Positions 30,136 to 45,959 of a stretch of DNA of 64,000 nt are shown here, in pieces; within the stretch, counting starts at the first letter, position 1, and every line of letters begins with the position of its first letter. This stretch comes from Octopus vulgaris (Eukaryota): assembly GCA_951406725.2 (NCBI GenBank), contig OX597837.1:40176001-40240000 (forward strand), read 5' to 3'. The position numbers and the translations under genes were made by a program. The notes beneath the pieces were generated by a model. That model saw nothing but the letters and a program-made list of their open reading frames with translations, ran no database searches and was not told the origin of the DNA.

Positions 30136-30232
30136 TGCAAAGCTTCTTGCAGAAGAAATAGCTATATGTATATACAAATGTAAACATATGTGTAGATATA
30201 TTCATACATGTTAATGTATATTTATTATATAC

Positions 30233-30278
<46 letters not shown>

Positions 30279-30608
30279 GTACATGCATACATACACACAT
30301 ACATATACACATACATTCATAAATATATGCATACATACGCACACAAACAGACATACACACGCCTATGTTTCTTATTGGTAAAAGGGCTATTTTACCATTA
30401 AGAAACATAAGCACTTTTACTTTTTATAATTAATTGTATTTGTCAGCGAATTAAGGTGACAATGTGGAAGAAACCTTAGGAATGTAGTAAAACAACGACC
30501 CGCAATGTTTATTTCGGCTCTTTCGTTCCAAGTGCAAATCCCCTCGAAGGAGTGTTTGCCTTTTATCCAGGAGTAGGGGTGGGGTTAATATGATAGAGTG
30601 CCGGCTTA

Positions 30609-30700
30609 ATACAGTTGAAAATTCTTTATCCGAAATCCCCAAATCCGAAAAACCTCCGATATACGAAAGGTTTCTAAATGCTGACACGACACCCTACACT
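30609..30700 (+). mobile_element. Possible pogo/Tigger-type terminus
   Basis: TA-CAGTTGAAAATTCTTTATCCGAAAT resembles Tigger-family terminal repeats; no partner end was identified. Confidence 0.35.
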
Positions 30701-31134
30701 TGCATCGTCGTTACATTTACATTACAAATTTAATGCCGACATCCAGTTTTCTTTACATTTCTCTTTGATCAAATTCCAGGTTTTGTTTATATACCAAAAA
30801 CGTGATATACGAACAGTAACCATTAAACAAAAAAACCCGATTTCGTAGATAAATACTGGTAACTTGCCAGCCTTTTAAACTCACAATGATATCGTTGATG
30901 ACGTACCCCCTCTCTCAAGTTTCGCATACCTGGCATAGGTATGATGCACAGGGCAGCATTTATCATGCAGGTTGTAAGCAGTGATCATGGATTTTTTTTT
31001 TATTTTTGCGCAGCAAGCATAAGACCTTATTTTTTTTTCGAGAGAGCTGAATTTCACCTCCACGTACGAGCGTAACTTAATCAGCGCAATTACAGGTACG
31101 TTACTTTGAAAATAAAACTCTGATGTTTACTGTT

Positions 31135-31440
31135 TTCGGATCTTTACCTTTTGACCTACAGATTTAAAAATTAATTTTTTGTGACTAAACACTTTCAAAC
31201 TTCGGACACTGGTAGAATGTGTCGTATAAAACATCTTTTACTCTTAGCATTTTTGAGAAAAACTTATATTTACGAAGTTATTTCGCGTTAAAGTTGTCCT
31301 ATTTCGGTAATTTCAACCAATCAATGACGTGTATTCAGTTGAATAAAATTACTGCCGTTGTTTGTCAACAACATCTATCGTATTTCGGTAATTTCGGTAA
31401 GTTCGATAAGTTCTCGTATTTCGGTAATTTCAACCAGTGG
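31135..31440 (+). mobile_element. Helentron-like element related to 5529-5897
   Basis: AAACTTCGGACACTGGTAGAATGTG...TTCAACCAATCAATGACG, with internal repeats of TATTTCGGTAATTTC. Confidence 0.5.
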
Positions 31441-31519
31441 GATGTAATCACTAGTGATGAAAAGCTGGTGCTATGGAATTTCCAGATGTGGCAGAGGTGA
31501 AAAAAAAGAGGAAGGTGGA

Positions 31520-31698
31520 GTTAAAGAGGATCACTTCGCAATAGTTCCAACACTGCTTCGAACAGTGGAAAATGTTTCTCCCAGATCCATTGCTTCAAAT
31601 GGAGAATACTTTGAAGGCTATAAAAGTGCAAATATGTAAAACTAAGAGAATAAAGTAACTTAGGAAAAATCCTGTTTCTTTTAGGTACCGCCTCGCAT
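31520..31698 (+). pseudogene. Second mariner transposase, C-terminus and 3' end
   Basis: FQHCFEQWK...SIASNGEYFEG (compare FQ.CF..W...CI...G.YFEG); ends TTTTAGGTACCGCCTCGCA-TA. Confidence 0.7.
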
Positions 31699-32159
31699 AT
31701 ATGTAAGCAACTGTGTATTAGTGAACTTCTATATACATATTTCAATTTACGAACGCGAGCAAAGAAGCATTCAAGATACAAAATGTAAATGTTTATTTCA
31801 GGTGTTGTTTTCTGTTAGAGCTTAAGAGGTTTTGCATATAAGTTTGTCTCTGCTTGTCTTTTTCTGTTTATGTATGTATGTATGTATGTATGTATGTATG
31901 TATGTATGTATGTATGTATGTATGAATGTATCTATCTATCTATCTATATATCTATCTATCTACCTGTCTGTCTGTCTATTTGTCTGTCTGTCTGTCTAAA
32001 AAGAATGGTAGATAAAATTAAAGAAGTGGGTGTGGAAACGGCTGTAGGTAGGAGTTACTATGTATGAATTTGAATGTCTTTAAATATAAACCTCAGTCCG
32101 TAAATTTTTAACCATTTTCTGCATTTCCTTATTTAAAAAGGTGTATATATATACATACA

Positions 32160-32297
32160 CAAAAAAGGGACAAGAACGCAAATCGTCCAGACAGTTAGGT
32201 GATACGAAAAAAGGATAACAAAACATCCATACAGACAATATAAAGAAAACAAGGACGGGTCATTCGGAGCTTTCTTTCCTCAGTCGAGTTCCAGAAT
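32160..32297 (-). mobile_element. Short (TA)n-associated repeat, pLTR-like (family P3)
   Basis: CAAGAACGCAAA...GACGGGTCATTCG is shared with 33950-34040; CTGAGGA on the minus strand. Confidence 0.45.
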
Positions 32298-32311
32298 ACA
32301 CACGCACACAC

Positions 32312-32442
<131 letters not shown>

Positions 32443-33146
32443 TATATGTATATATATATATACATATATACATACAGAGAAGGAGATAGAGGAGAGAGAG
32501 GAAGAGAGAGAGAGAGAGAGAAAGAGATAAATAGGTAGATAAATAGGTAGATAGGTAGGTAGATAAATTCCTTTTAAAAATATCCCATCAACTAAGCATT
32601 AGTTTGAAATTTTGTTCCGGCTGCAGATTAGATGTTTTGCCTTTCAAACATGTAATATTGATGAAGGTTATTACTCCTATTAAAGACTTTTAAAAAAATG
32701 TTCATATATCCTCATATCTGCTTTATGTTTGTTTGCAAAAATAACACGGCAAAATCCATTAATGTTTTGAAACCGCTGATTCACGCTTTGAATAAAATGG
32801 AAAAATCTGTTGTGATAACATATCGGATAAAATGTGTTAGCATGTTTTTAAAAGTAGTAATTTCAACACGGCATCAAAGTACAATGACGATGGCTTTCTG
32901 GTGTGCTTTAGTTGATGGAAAGATGACAAACTGAAGTGAGTTTTTTTGAGACGGCTATTATTTTATCACAACGAATCATGCAAATATATCTCGTGATAGC
33001 AGCAGATAAAATGGCGAACATTTTACCCGCCCGAAGAAAGCAACATGGCAACGCTGACACTCTGAATGCAATATACATACATACATACATACATACATAC
33101 ATACATACATACATACATACATACATACATACATACATACATGTAT

Positions 33147-33233
<87 letters not shown>

Positions 33234-33274
33234 TATACGTATATATATATATATATATATATAGATAGATATAG

Positions 33275-33336
<62 letters not shown>

Positions 33337-33338
<2 letters not shown>

Positions 33339-33450
33339 GTTAAACCCTCCTTCTTTCTTTCCTTTCCTGAGCGTCCAATAACGCTATACTTGTTCCACGT
33401 CCTCGCGTTGTTGTGTTTTCTCTTTGCGTTTTCATGTTTGGATTAACTAT
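33337..33450 (+). mobile_element. Family P1 fragment, 5'-truncated within the hammerhead
   Basis: Begins ACGTTAAACCC, ends TTTGGATTAAC followed by (TA)n. Confidence 0.75.
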
Positions 33451-33764
33451 ATATATATATACACGCATATTCATTTTTGCAGTGGGCACCAAGGGGTTAG
33501 GATGATGGAAATGAGGGTGTAATTGATAAAATAATCTTCGTCAGATTTAGAAGAGATCGGTTATTATCTTTTCATTCATTTCTTTTCTTATTTTATTCCA
33601 CATATATTTATTGTATCTCCGTTATGATTTTTTCTTGTTTTTACATTTGTAATATTGAGATTCCACAGCTAATGCTAATCCATTTGTTTATTTTGTTTTC
33701 GTTTAGTAAAATTAATTCTGTATAGAATGGTTGCGTTGTCATGTTTGGGTATATATATATATAT

Positions 33765-33930
33765 AAGGGGAGAATTCACGAAAAAAATAACAAAAAAACA
33801 AAAGACGAAGACAGGTGGTGTAGAAAACAAACAGATGTATTAGTATAACGCTCAGGAATTGAAAAAAGTATTTTACGTTTCGAGCCTACGCTCTTCCACA
33901 GAAAGGAACACAGAAAGAAACAAGGCGAGA
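33765..33930 (-). mobile_element. pLTR-like family P2 with hammerhead-like motif at 33871-33905
   Basis: Minus strand reads TTT-CTGTGGA-A-GAGC-GTAG-GCTC-GAAAC-GTA-AAA; homologous to 49170-49370. Confidence 0.65.
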
Positions 33931-34044
33931 AATATATATATATGTATAGAAATTAAATATAAATTACAAAATGGAACAAGAACGCAAAAACACACAAAGA
34001 GACGACACAAAAAAACAGACGGGTCATTCGAAGCCTCATATATA

Positions 34045-34757
<713 letters not shown>

Positions 34758-35241
34758 CAGTTTTCTGCTTGGTTTTATCTGATGTAATGCCTCATCGTCG
34801 CAAATGCATTGTCGCACGATATGAAAATGCTGTGCATGAGTGTGTGTGTATGTGTGTGTGTGTGCATATCTGTGTACATGTACGTGTGTGTATATGCGTG
34901 CGTGTGTCTTGCTGTATATCTGTGTGTGTTGTTTAACCTCAGATCAGCGTCGATCAAATTAACCTATGAACACATATATGACAGCTTTGATCACCTCATC
35001 TTATTTTCAGGCATAGTATATCTAGGACTACAGCTCCTAATGTATCTTTACCTTCTTTTTACTTTCCTATAGCAGGCAACGTCTGAATTCAGGGGAATTT
35101 CATTTCTTTCTCCACTTCTGATGTTGGCTATGTATGTGCATGAACGTGTGCGCGCGTGTGTGCGCGTGTGTTTATGTGTGTATGCGCATGCGTATATCTG
35201 TATCTTTTTCTCTTTTGCTATGATTGTGCATCTGTGTTTAC

Positions 35242-35307
<66 letters not shown>

Positions 35308-35330
35308 CACTCCCTATATATATATGTATA

Positions 35331-35361
<31 letters not shown>

Positions 35362-35366
35362 GTATA

Positions 35367-35567
<201 letters not shown>

Positions 35568-35572
35568 TATAC

Positions 35573-35702
<130 letters not shown>

Positions 35703-36085
35703 CGTACATATACGTTCAACTTCCGCGTATTCTTAGAAATGTCTCTATTGCATTAGCTGAGTTGTCTTAAGAACGTTACGCGTCTTCCATGTTTCTCGTT
35801 TCGTATTGATGAGAAAAAGGGTTTTATTTATTTTTTTATATAAATTTTTTCGTGCGTTTTTGCAACATGTTCCAACGCAGAGTGTATTTGTTGTTGAGTG
35901 TAAAACATGTATTCTCTTTTAAGACTGGATTCATGACGTATCCAGCAATTCAATAACAAAGGTAGAATTCGGTTTAGGCAGTTAACAATGTATGTGTGCT
36001 TCGAGTGTTTTTGCTCTCTGCATCGTATGTTAGTGTCGATAATATATATATATACCTACATAGGTACATACACGTACATACATAC

Positions 36086-36120
<35 letters not shown>

Positions 36121-37140
36121 TATATATGCATCCACTCTCACATGCGCGTGCAGACACACATAAATGTCGAACAATGAGAAAGAGTGCTCAACACCGCATT
36201 TGGTGGATAGAATTTCTTTAGTTGTGTATTAAAGCTACCATTGTTTTCATGTCAAGAAAATATCTTAATATCATAATCTTTCAAGCCTATCACGTGGAGG
36301 AATGGTTTTCCATGATGTTTTTAATCTGTATCAATCTGCAATCATTACAACTATTACGTAATTCTGAGCCCTGAGAAACAGCTGTCGGACCTGAATCGCA
36401 TGCCTTCGTCTTACTTTCTAAATCTTTTGTGCGCCAACTAAATTTGTTCTATAACTATATAAATATCGATATGCTTATATTCGAGCGTTCATCTTCTGAA
36501 TATATAGAATATATATATATACATTTTTTTAATAATTCCTACAATCCTCATAATACTTAATGAGCCCGCTAGGGGACGTTTAATCTACATTTGATCAACT
36601 GACTTCGCTAGAAAAGGCAACCAAATCTCAATTCCTATCACATTTAACACATTAAATAAAAGTACAGCTTTTTTTTTTTCTAAAAAAAATTATTATTCAA
36701 TAACCGGAATGGCCACGATTGGAAAGTCATAAATCATTGTACTAAACTCACAGTTGCCCCGGGGTTAACAATTACCACAACAACACTAACAACAACAGCG
36801 GCAAAAACAATAATAGTAATAATAATAATAATAATCACGACGAAAAATAATTCTTAAAAACCAACTTTTCATTTGGGGAATAGATCTGTCGACTGATGAT
36901 TTATGAGCGAATTCCTGTTAATTAGTTCATTGTTTAATTAATCGGAAAAAATATAATTTCTCGTCGTCATATACAACGATATCATTAGCAGCATTAGACT
37001 TCCATTGATTATTTTGGCATATCATATATTATTTCCATAAATTATTATTATTGTTGTTGTTGTTGTTGTTGTTGTTGTTTGTGACTTATGTATTTATTTA
37101 TTGTTTATTTTATCGACAAACACACAGTGTGTTTATATAC

Positions 37141-37178
<38 letters not shown>

Positions 37179-37326
37179 GTACACACATACACACGTACGC
37201 ATATAAATACATACATGGATACGCACATGCACACACATATATGCACACCCATATATATACACACACACACGCACGCAGATATGTACTGGTATATGTATAA
37301 GCATATATATAAATATGTATATGTAT

Positions 37327-37380
<54 letters not shown>

Positions 37381-37441
37381 GTATATATATATGTGTATAT
37401 ATATATTTATATATATATATATACCAATATATATATGCGTG

Positions 37442-37472
<31 letters not shown>

Positions 37473-37676
37473 GTGCATGTGTATGATGTGAGTATTTCTA
37501 TATAGAAGATTGTAATTGTGTATATATTCATATGCGCTTAATATGCATGTATATATGTGTAAAAGTAAATACATGTATTCATACATATATATTCGAACAT
37601 TCACTCTCTGTACGCATGCGTGAGTGTGTGTGTTTAGACATACATACACATGCATATATATATATATGTATATATA

Positions 37677-37736
<60 letters not shown>

Positions 37737-37894
37737 CATATATATGTATATACATATACATATATATATATATGTATATATGTATAAATTTATGTATTGT
37801 GCATACGTGCATATATATGTATGCGTTCGTATATGTAAGTATTCGTATGTTGTATATATATATGTATATATCTGTATTTATGCGCCTTCTGAGT

Positions 37895-38095
37895 ATATTC
37901 CACTGATGAAGGCAGAGCCTTTCTTATGCAGAGTCAGTAATCCGGGATCTTGAATTAACCAGTAATTTTATTTTGCTCGTTTATTTTGTCTCTTGTCTTC
38001 TCTCCTGGTGCTGTATGAACATTTAATGTGGTTTTAGAGTGAAGTTTTGGCTGCTATTTCCAGCGTGGTTTTATCGCTTATGTACTCTAAATTAT
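37895..38095 (+). mobile_element. Family P4 copy preceded by a partial hammerhead-like motif
   Basis: CTGATGA-A-GGC-AGA-GCC at 37903; downstream sequence matches the 21475-21600 arm. Confidence 0.55.
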
Positions 38096-38442
38096 AGCAC
38101 GAAGTTTTGTCAGTGAACAGGTCGCGGTCTCAAAGCGACGAAAACATTTTGACAAATTAAATTTAAATGTTGAAATGAATGTATCGGTTTTGTGCGTTTC
38201 TTAAATGGCTTATAAACACCTTCCACGTTGCAATTGTTTTCGTTCCAGCACACGATCTCAGATCAAGTCACTCGCTATGCAAGTACATCTCCGTAATATA
38301 ATTTTAATAATATATATATATATGCACACGCATGTCTATGTCCGTACATGAGTGCATATATAACACTGATAATATAAATAATAAGAATGATAACAATGAT
38401 AATGTTTAAGAATTGAGATTTCTCCTCCCGCAGGTAATGCTA

Positions 38443-38662
38443 CGATGAGAAGTGTGCGGCTGTTATCGAATGAACAATATTTCGACACTTCGTGCGTCTT
38501 CCGCAAGTTGATAATGATTATCTATTTACCTTCGGGAGGAGTGATGTCTATCTTTAAATATAACCAAAATGAAGCCGATTGAGACGATTACTCTGAACTT
38601 GAACAAGACACACGAAATGTCAAAATATTGTTCATCCGATAACAGCCGCACTCTTCTTATTG
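38443..38662. repeat. Imperfect 67-bp inverted repeat (MITE or fold-back)
   Basis: 38443-38509 is approximately the reverse complement of 38596-38662. Confidence 0.75.
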
Positions 38663-38779
38663 TTTGATAACAATTAATAATGATAATGATGGTGATGATG
38701 ATGATGATGATGATGGTGATGATGGTGATGATGATAATGATGATGATGATGATAATGATGATGATGGTGATGGTGATGG

Positions 38780-38819
<40 letters not shown>

Positions 38820-38824
38820 ATGAA

Positions 38825-39345
38825 GTAACAGGGAATTGGTATGAGCATGTACCAAGTAAAGTTATGCAGGAGGATGGAGAAGTAACGAAACTCTGGGACT
38901 CTGATTTTCAGACGGATCGTGTAATCGAACACCGTCGGCCGGATATTGTCATATTGAATAAGAGCGACAAATACTCGAAGATCATTGATGTACCCATACC
39001 AAATGACATAAATGTTGTGAGTAAAGAGGTTGAAAAAAATCACCAAGTACTCCGAACTGAAAGTGGAAATGGCAAGACTGTAAGGAATGTGAGAGAGTAA
39101 TGTAAAAGTGATACCAGTGGTGATCGGAGGGTTGGGTTCAATCCCATTGAAACTTCAAGATCTCTTAAGACAACTGGAAATCCCATGCAAGATTGATGTC
39201 TTGCAAAAAGCAGCCTTATCGGGCACAGCGTACATCTTAAGGAAAGTGTTATTTGTCTGGGGTCCTTGTTGTAACTTGACAGATGACTAAAGACTTCGGT
39301 GCATTTTTACCACTGTGTTACGAAGGAAAAAATAATAATAATAAC
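38825..39345 (+). pseudogene. 5'-truncated R4/Dong-type non-LTR retrotransposon (RLE endonuclease domain) with (TAA)n tail
   Basis: WYEHVP...LWD..FQTDRVIEHRRPDIV...IIDVPIPND...EK..KYSEL...VIPVVIGGLG...LQKAALSGTAYILRKVL, with a frameshift and stops. Confidence 0.9.
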
Positions 39346-39660
39346 TGACCATGGGATTGCACCTAGAAAGTTACCCTCCCAGGCACAAGTCCGGGCAAGG
39401 TTGTTTATCGAAGACTAGCAGTCGCCCATGCATACCAGCTTGCCCTCTCCATGCCACTGATGCTGTCCAAGGGAAGGGCAAAGGGGCCGATACAGCTTGG
39501 CACCAGTGACATCACAACTCATTCCTACAGCTGAGTGAACTGGAGCAACGTGAAATAAAGTGTCTTGCTCAAGAACAACACGCAACCCGTTCCGGGATTC
39601 GAGCTCGCAACCTCACGATTGTAAGCTCGACGCTCTAACCACTGAGCTATGCGCCTTCAC
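39346..39660 (-). mobile_element. SINE, head C with alternative tail
   Basis: Head as in the 21018 copy; tail shared with 45215-45575. Confidence 0.8.
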
Positions 39661-39799
39661 CACACACATACACACACATAAACACATGCAGAGATTTACA
39701 TGTGATAAACACAAAAGTATACATAAATGCGTATATATATATATATGTGTGTGTGCGTGTGTGTGTGTGTGTGTGTGTATACAGAGAAAGAGAGAGAGA

Positions 39800-39965
39800 G
39801 ATGCAGTCGTAGCTGTGTGGTAAAAAGTTTGCTTCTCAGCTACATGGTATCAGGTTCTGTCCCACTGTGTGGCACCTTGGTCAGGTGTATTTAACTATAA
39901 CCTCTGGCCAACCGAGGCCATGTGAGTGGAATTTCGTAAATGGAAATTGAAAGAAGCCTATCGTA
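39800..39965 (+). mobile_element. SINE family B, 5' half
   Basis: Family B head motifs. Confidence 0.75.
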
Positions 39966-39967
39966 TG

Positions 39968-40037
<70 letters not shown>

Positions 40038-40048
40038 AGTGTGTGTAT

Positions 40049-40086
<38 letters not shown>

Positions 40087-40659
40087 GTGTGTTTGTTGAG
40101 TAAGAACAGGTATAAAAGAACTTCCCTGATTCTGTAGACTATGTACTCCCACTACTCTGGACGAAACTTCACGAGAAGCAAAATATTTTGTTGATGAACA
40201 CAACGCATCCTTCAATCTTGGAAATGAAACAAAGATCTTACCAACATGAGTGCAAAACTCTCATCACTAAGCCGCGCACCTCCACACGCCTCCACACATG
40301 CATACAAAAATGCATATATGTACATATCTGCATATAATTATATATATATATATATATAAATAGATATGTATACATCGATTGATATATATATTTCTATTTA
40401 TACACACACATAAATACAGTGTACATTTAAACATAAAGGAGGAATCCACAGAGGTTTGCAATTTAACTGTTCTCTGTAGCGTGCAAGATGGATACCGCTT
40501 TTGTGTGTAAATTTACGCTGTATTTATATGAATAATTTATAGTCTATTGACTAAATTTTTTTCACGCTAGAACACTGGTAATGGACATTTCTAATATTTC
40601 AGATTACACTTTAAAATTATTAATTTTATATACACACACATATCTATATCGTAATGGCT

Positions 40660-41029
40660 CACTGTCGGTTATGACGAGGGTTCCAGTTGATCCGATTAAC
40701 AGAACAGCCTGCTCGTGAAATTAACGTGCAAGTGGCTGAGCACTCCACAGACACGTGTACCCTCAATGTAGTTCTCGGAGAGATTCAGCGTGACGTAGAG
40801 TGTGACAAGGCTGGTGTCCTTTGAAATACAAGTACAAGGGAAAGAGGAAGAAAGAGTGAGAGAAAGTTATGGTGAAAGAGTACAGCAGGGTTCTCCGACA
40901 CCCCCTGCCGGAGCGTCGTGGAGCTTTTAGGTGTTTTCGCTCAGTAAACATTCACGCCAGACCTGGAAAATCAAAACCATGGGCCTACGACTGAGAGTCC
41001 GCTGCTGTATCCACTGAGCCATTGCACAC

Positions 41030-41030
<1 letters not shown>
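40660..41030 (-). mobile_element. SINE, head D with tail C
   Basis: Same arrangement as 3380-3760. Confidence 0.85.
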
Positions 41031-41077
<47 letters not shown>

Positions 41078-41088
41078 TTATGTATGTA

Positions 41089-41121
<33 letters not shown>

Positions 41122-41149
41122 GTAAGTATTTATATATTATAAATGCATG

Positions 41150-41241
<92 letters not shown>

Positions 41242-41867
41242 CATGCATTTACATTTACACATATATTTTGTATTTACATATATATACATATATAAATATT
41301 TATACACGCGCGCGTGCACACACACACTCAAATGCACACAGATATAACAGACGTACTCACGGAAACACACAAACGCACACACTCACGCGTGTTCGATTTC
41401 ACAATCAATCGAAAATTGTATTACGTAATTATTCAGACAACACAGCAAGAAAGTCAAAACTCACCACGAATAAACTCGATAAAAAAAACATATTCTTAGC
41501 AACCATCATTAGAATGATCAACGTAACGGGAAGGATCATAACCGAATTATTTCGTATTCCGCCGAAGCTCTGTTCGAATAAGCAAATGAAATCAATAACT
41601 AGACAAGACTGTTGCATTTTTCAATCAATCTAGGTTCAATGTAAATGAATGCATTTCGGAATGAAGTTACAATTAAGAAGAAATGAAAACTCAACTTACC
41701 ATAGAAATTAGCAATTAAATTAATTGATGGTGGTACTGTGTTTCGTTATTTATGTTCTACAAATAAATTTGGAAATATAATTAAATATAATTATGAATTT
41801 GATATAGGAAGAAAATTAACTACTAAAGCATGAGTTCTCAGTGCGTATAAAAATCATATTTTATATC

Positions 41868-41917
<50 letters not shown>

Positions 41918-42002
41918 GTGCGTGTATGTGAATCTGTGTGTGTGTATGTGTCTACGCGTGTGTGTTAGTGAGGCTTTATATATCTGTATAACTGTATGTC
42001 TG

Positions 42003-42101
<99 letters not shown>

Positions 42102-42255
42102 ATATCTCTGTCTATCGATCTATCTATCTATCTGTCTATCTATCCATGTATGTATGTATGTATGTATGTATGTATGTATCTATCTATCTATCTATCTACT
42201 TATCTACCTATCTAACTACCTATCTATCTACCTATCTATCAACCTTTTTATCTAC

Positions 42256-42312
<57 letters not shown>

Positions 42313-42425
42313 AATCTCTCTATATCTATATATATATATATATTATTTAAAACAGTTTTATTCGCCTTCTAATAATATATGTAACTCCTACTAAATTACC
42401 ATTTCCTCCGTTAACTTGCTCTTGT

Positions 42426-42485
<60 letters not shown>

Positions 42486-43950
42486 GTATATGTATGTATG
42501 TATGTATGTATGTTTATTTGTGTGTGTACTTATATAGACTACGTACTTGTGATTCACTTCTAATTATCTTGTTTGCACTACCAAACCTATATATGTATAC
42601 ATCACACACAAACACACACATACACACACGCATGAAAATATACAATAATTACATATATTCGTGTGTCTATATGTATATTTGTATGTATGTGTCTGTGTGG
42701 GAGTTTTGAATATTCCAGGATTTCGGTAGACAAATCTCTTTGTTTATTGTGATAAAATTTTAGTTGTAAATGAGCGTTCGGAGAACGTTTGTACTCTTAA
42801 CATAATCTCGAAGCAGGCTCCACGTATTTCTACAACAAGTCTGTCTTTTTGAATATATTTAAATGAACTTACACTGTGGAGTACGGATAATGACCTCGAC
42901 TTAGTAAAAGAAACCCCACCAGAAACAGAATGAAGGGTGGTAGATCACGATACCCTCACAGGAGCAAACTTCACTGATATTCGAAATGCTTCCTGTTGCA
43001 GTAGAAATACTCGAAAAATTACATTCAAAAGCCATATTGTGGTGTTTAGCCAGATTAAGGCGACGTATTGACAACATGTGCCGTTTTGGGTTAAGTAGAC
43101 TTCTCAAGATTCCCGTTCAACCATTTATACCCCAAAGTCTTAAAGTTAACCGAGGTTATAAACCATGACACTTGTCCTTGGCACTAAGCCGGTGTGATTG
43201 TAACTAGAACAACTTGCTTGCGAAGAAAACGTATCACTATTTCACATATGCTTCACCCTAGTACTAAATCGATCTACAGCTGTTTCGACAATGTATATTC
43301 ACTTTTGAGTATTTCGTAGACACGGTATATATAAAGACGAGACCTTTAACTTACAGAAAACCTCAATCAGCGGGCTTCATACAGTATCTCTCTATCAAGT
43401 TCCACTTAAATGGTGTTGGTAGTGGGGGAGCGGTGGGGGAGAAAATCCGAGCAGTCCACTCCTGGCGACGTTTTTAAGAGGGTTGCACATATGAGTCTGA
43501 TGTATAAGCCTAATAAATAGGGACGGGGCAGAAAATCAGGGGCTTCACCAGGAGTGGAGGTGAAAGACACATATTCTTACTAGACCATTGCTCCACTCAC
43601 AAGACTTGAGTCGATCCGATCCGATCCGGTTCCATTTGATTCCACCCCAGGAATTCTGGTAAAAGAAGCTTTTCGAAAACACCCAGCATAACGAAGCGAA
43701 TTTCTAAAGAATTCATCTACGCTTGACCCTGATTGTATAACAGCAACCACATATACGCTCTCTCTCTCCCTCCCTGATTCTCTCTCTTTCTCTCTCACTG
43801 TGATTCTCTCTCTCTCACTGTGAATCTCTCTCTATCACTGTGATTCTCTCTCTCTCTGATTTCTCTCATTCTCTCTCCAGCTCTGATTCTTTCCCACTCT
43901 GATTTTCAGTTACACACACTCTGTGATTTTCTTTCTCTCTCTCTATCTAA

Positions 43951-43988
<38 letters not shown>

Positions 43989-44210
43989 CGCGTACGTACA
44001 CATACACATATACTCACTCACAAAATCTCATACATACGTAAACTATCTCTCACACTTTCTCTCACACACAAACACACAGATAAATTCATACGCTTACACA
44101 TACACCCTACTAATATTGAACAGCCAGATGCCATTTTCCCCCACTTAATTACCTATCAATCACAATATGACAGATTCCAATAACATTCACACATATAAAT
44201 ATATATATTA

Positions 44211-44258
<48 letters not shown>

Positions 44259-44266
44259 TATATGTA

Positions 44267-44335
<69 letters not shown>

Positions 44336-44352
44336 ATGCATATATATGTATA

Positions 44353-44393
<41 letters not shown>

Positions 44394-44447
44394 TAGCTCA
44401 TATACATATATACATGCGTATATTTGAATATGTACATATTTATATTT

Positions 44448-44495
<48 letters not shown>

Positions 44496-44834
44496 ACGTA
44501 TGTATGTGTGTCGGTGTGTGTGTGCACACACGCGTTTATGTGTGTATATAGGACTACTACAGGACAATCCGCACCATTTGGTTTCAGCGGTCTTCTCAAT
44601 CTAACACAGTTATCACAGACAAAACCTGGCATCCGGTTCCGTTGTTATGTTGTTCAATCTTTCTTTCACAAACATACTAAACTGTAATTCTACTCCAGCT
44701 AGCGACAATCACTATGTGGTCGTACGACGTGCTAGACAGAGCAGCCATATCGTTTTCGAACGACAGCCTACCAACGGCAGCCGACCATTCTCATATATAT
44801 ATTTATAACAATTTCTACCCTCATTATTTTAATG

Positions 44835-45700
44835 AGGTGTAGGAGTGGCTGTGTTGTAAGTAGCTTGCTTGCGAACCACATGGTTCCGGGTTCAGTTCGA
44901 CTGCGTGGCACCTTGGGCAAGTGTCTTGTACTATAGCCTCGGGCCGACCAAAGCCACGTGGATGGATTTGGTAGACGGAAACTGAAAGCCCAGTCGGTTA
45001 CGACAACAAGGTTCCAGTTGGATCAATGAAACAGCCTGCTTGTGAAGGTAACGTGCAAGTGGTTGAGCACTCCACAGACATGTGTATCCTTAACGTAGTT
45101 ATCAGGGAGATTCAGTGTGGCAGAGAGTGGACAAGGCCGGCCCTTTGAAATAGAGGTACAATTCATTTTCGCTAGCTGAGTGGACAAGAGCTCCAATTTT
45201 AGAAACTCGACTCTGTTGGTCACGAATGACCATGGTTGCACCTAAGAGGTTCCACTCCGGGGAAACCAGTCTGGGCGGAAAGTCACCTCACCGGCGAACT
45301 CACAACCTAGGGTTGTTTTTATGAAAGACCAGTAGTCGCCCATGCATACCAGCCTCCTCTCTCCACGCTACCGATGTTATCCAAAGGAAAGACGAAGGCC
45401 GATACAGCTTGGCACCAGTGACGTCACAACTCATTTCTACAGTTGAGTGAACTACAGCAGCGGGAAATAAAACGTCATGCTCAAGAACATAACACGTAGC
45501 TCGGACCGGGAATCGAACTCACAACCACACGATCGTAAGCTCGACGCTCTAACCACTGAGCCATGCGCCTTCACGTGAGTGGACTAGAGCAACGTGATAT
45601 AAAGTGTCATGCTCAAGGACACAACGCGGCGCCGGGAATTGAACTCACGGTTTTACGATCGTAAGACGAATAGCATAACCACTAAGCTACGCGCCTTCAC
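44835..45700. mobile_element. Nested SINE cluster: B head (+), then a C element split by a head-C/alternative-tail element (-)
   Basis: C tail 44995-45190, inserted element 45215-45575, C head 45577-45700. Confidence 0.75.
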
Positions 45701-45959
45701 CCTATTCCACTACTCCGTGGAGATCTCTCAGATGTTATGAAAAGATATGAAACATCCTTGGGCCCTTGAATCCCAAGCTGTTGTAGGACACGGTGCCCAC
45801 CCTAGATAAGAGGGCTGGGACGTTTTAAACAATGCATGCAAGCGTCTAGATTATCTATCAGCTTATATTGTTACGGGATTCACCTGACACGAAACTGCAG
45901 TCCCTTGAGTCACACCTGGGGAGGACAAGTCTCAGAAAAGATCATATATGTATATATAC

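Noticed and set aside
32255-32292. CTGAGGA...GAA hammerhead-like motif on the minus strand
   Set aside because: GAAA is replaced by GAAT and stems I and II do not pair convincingly; kept only as a repeat fragment.
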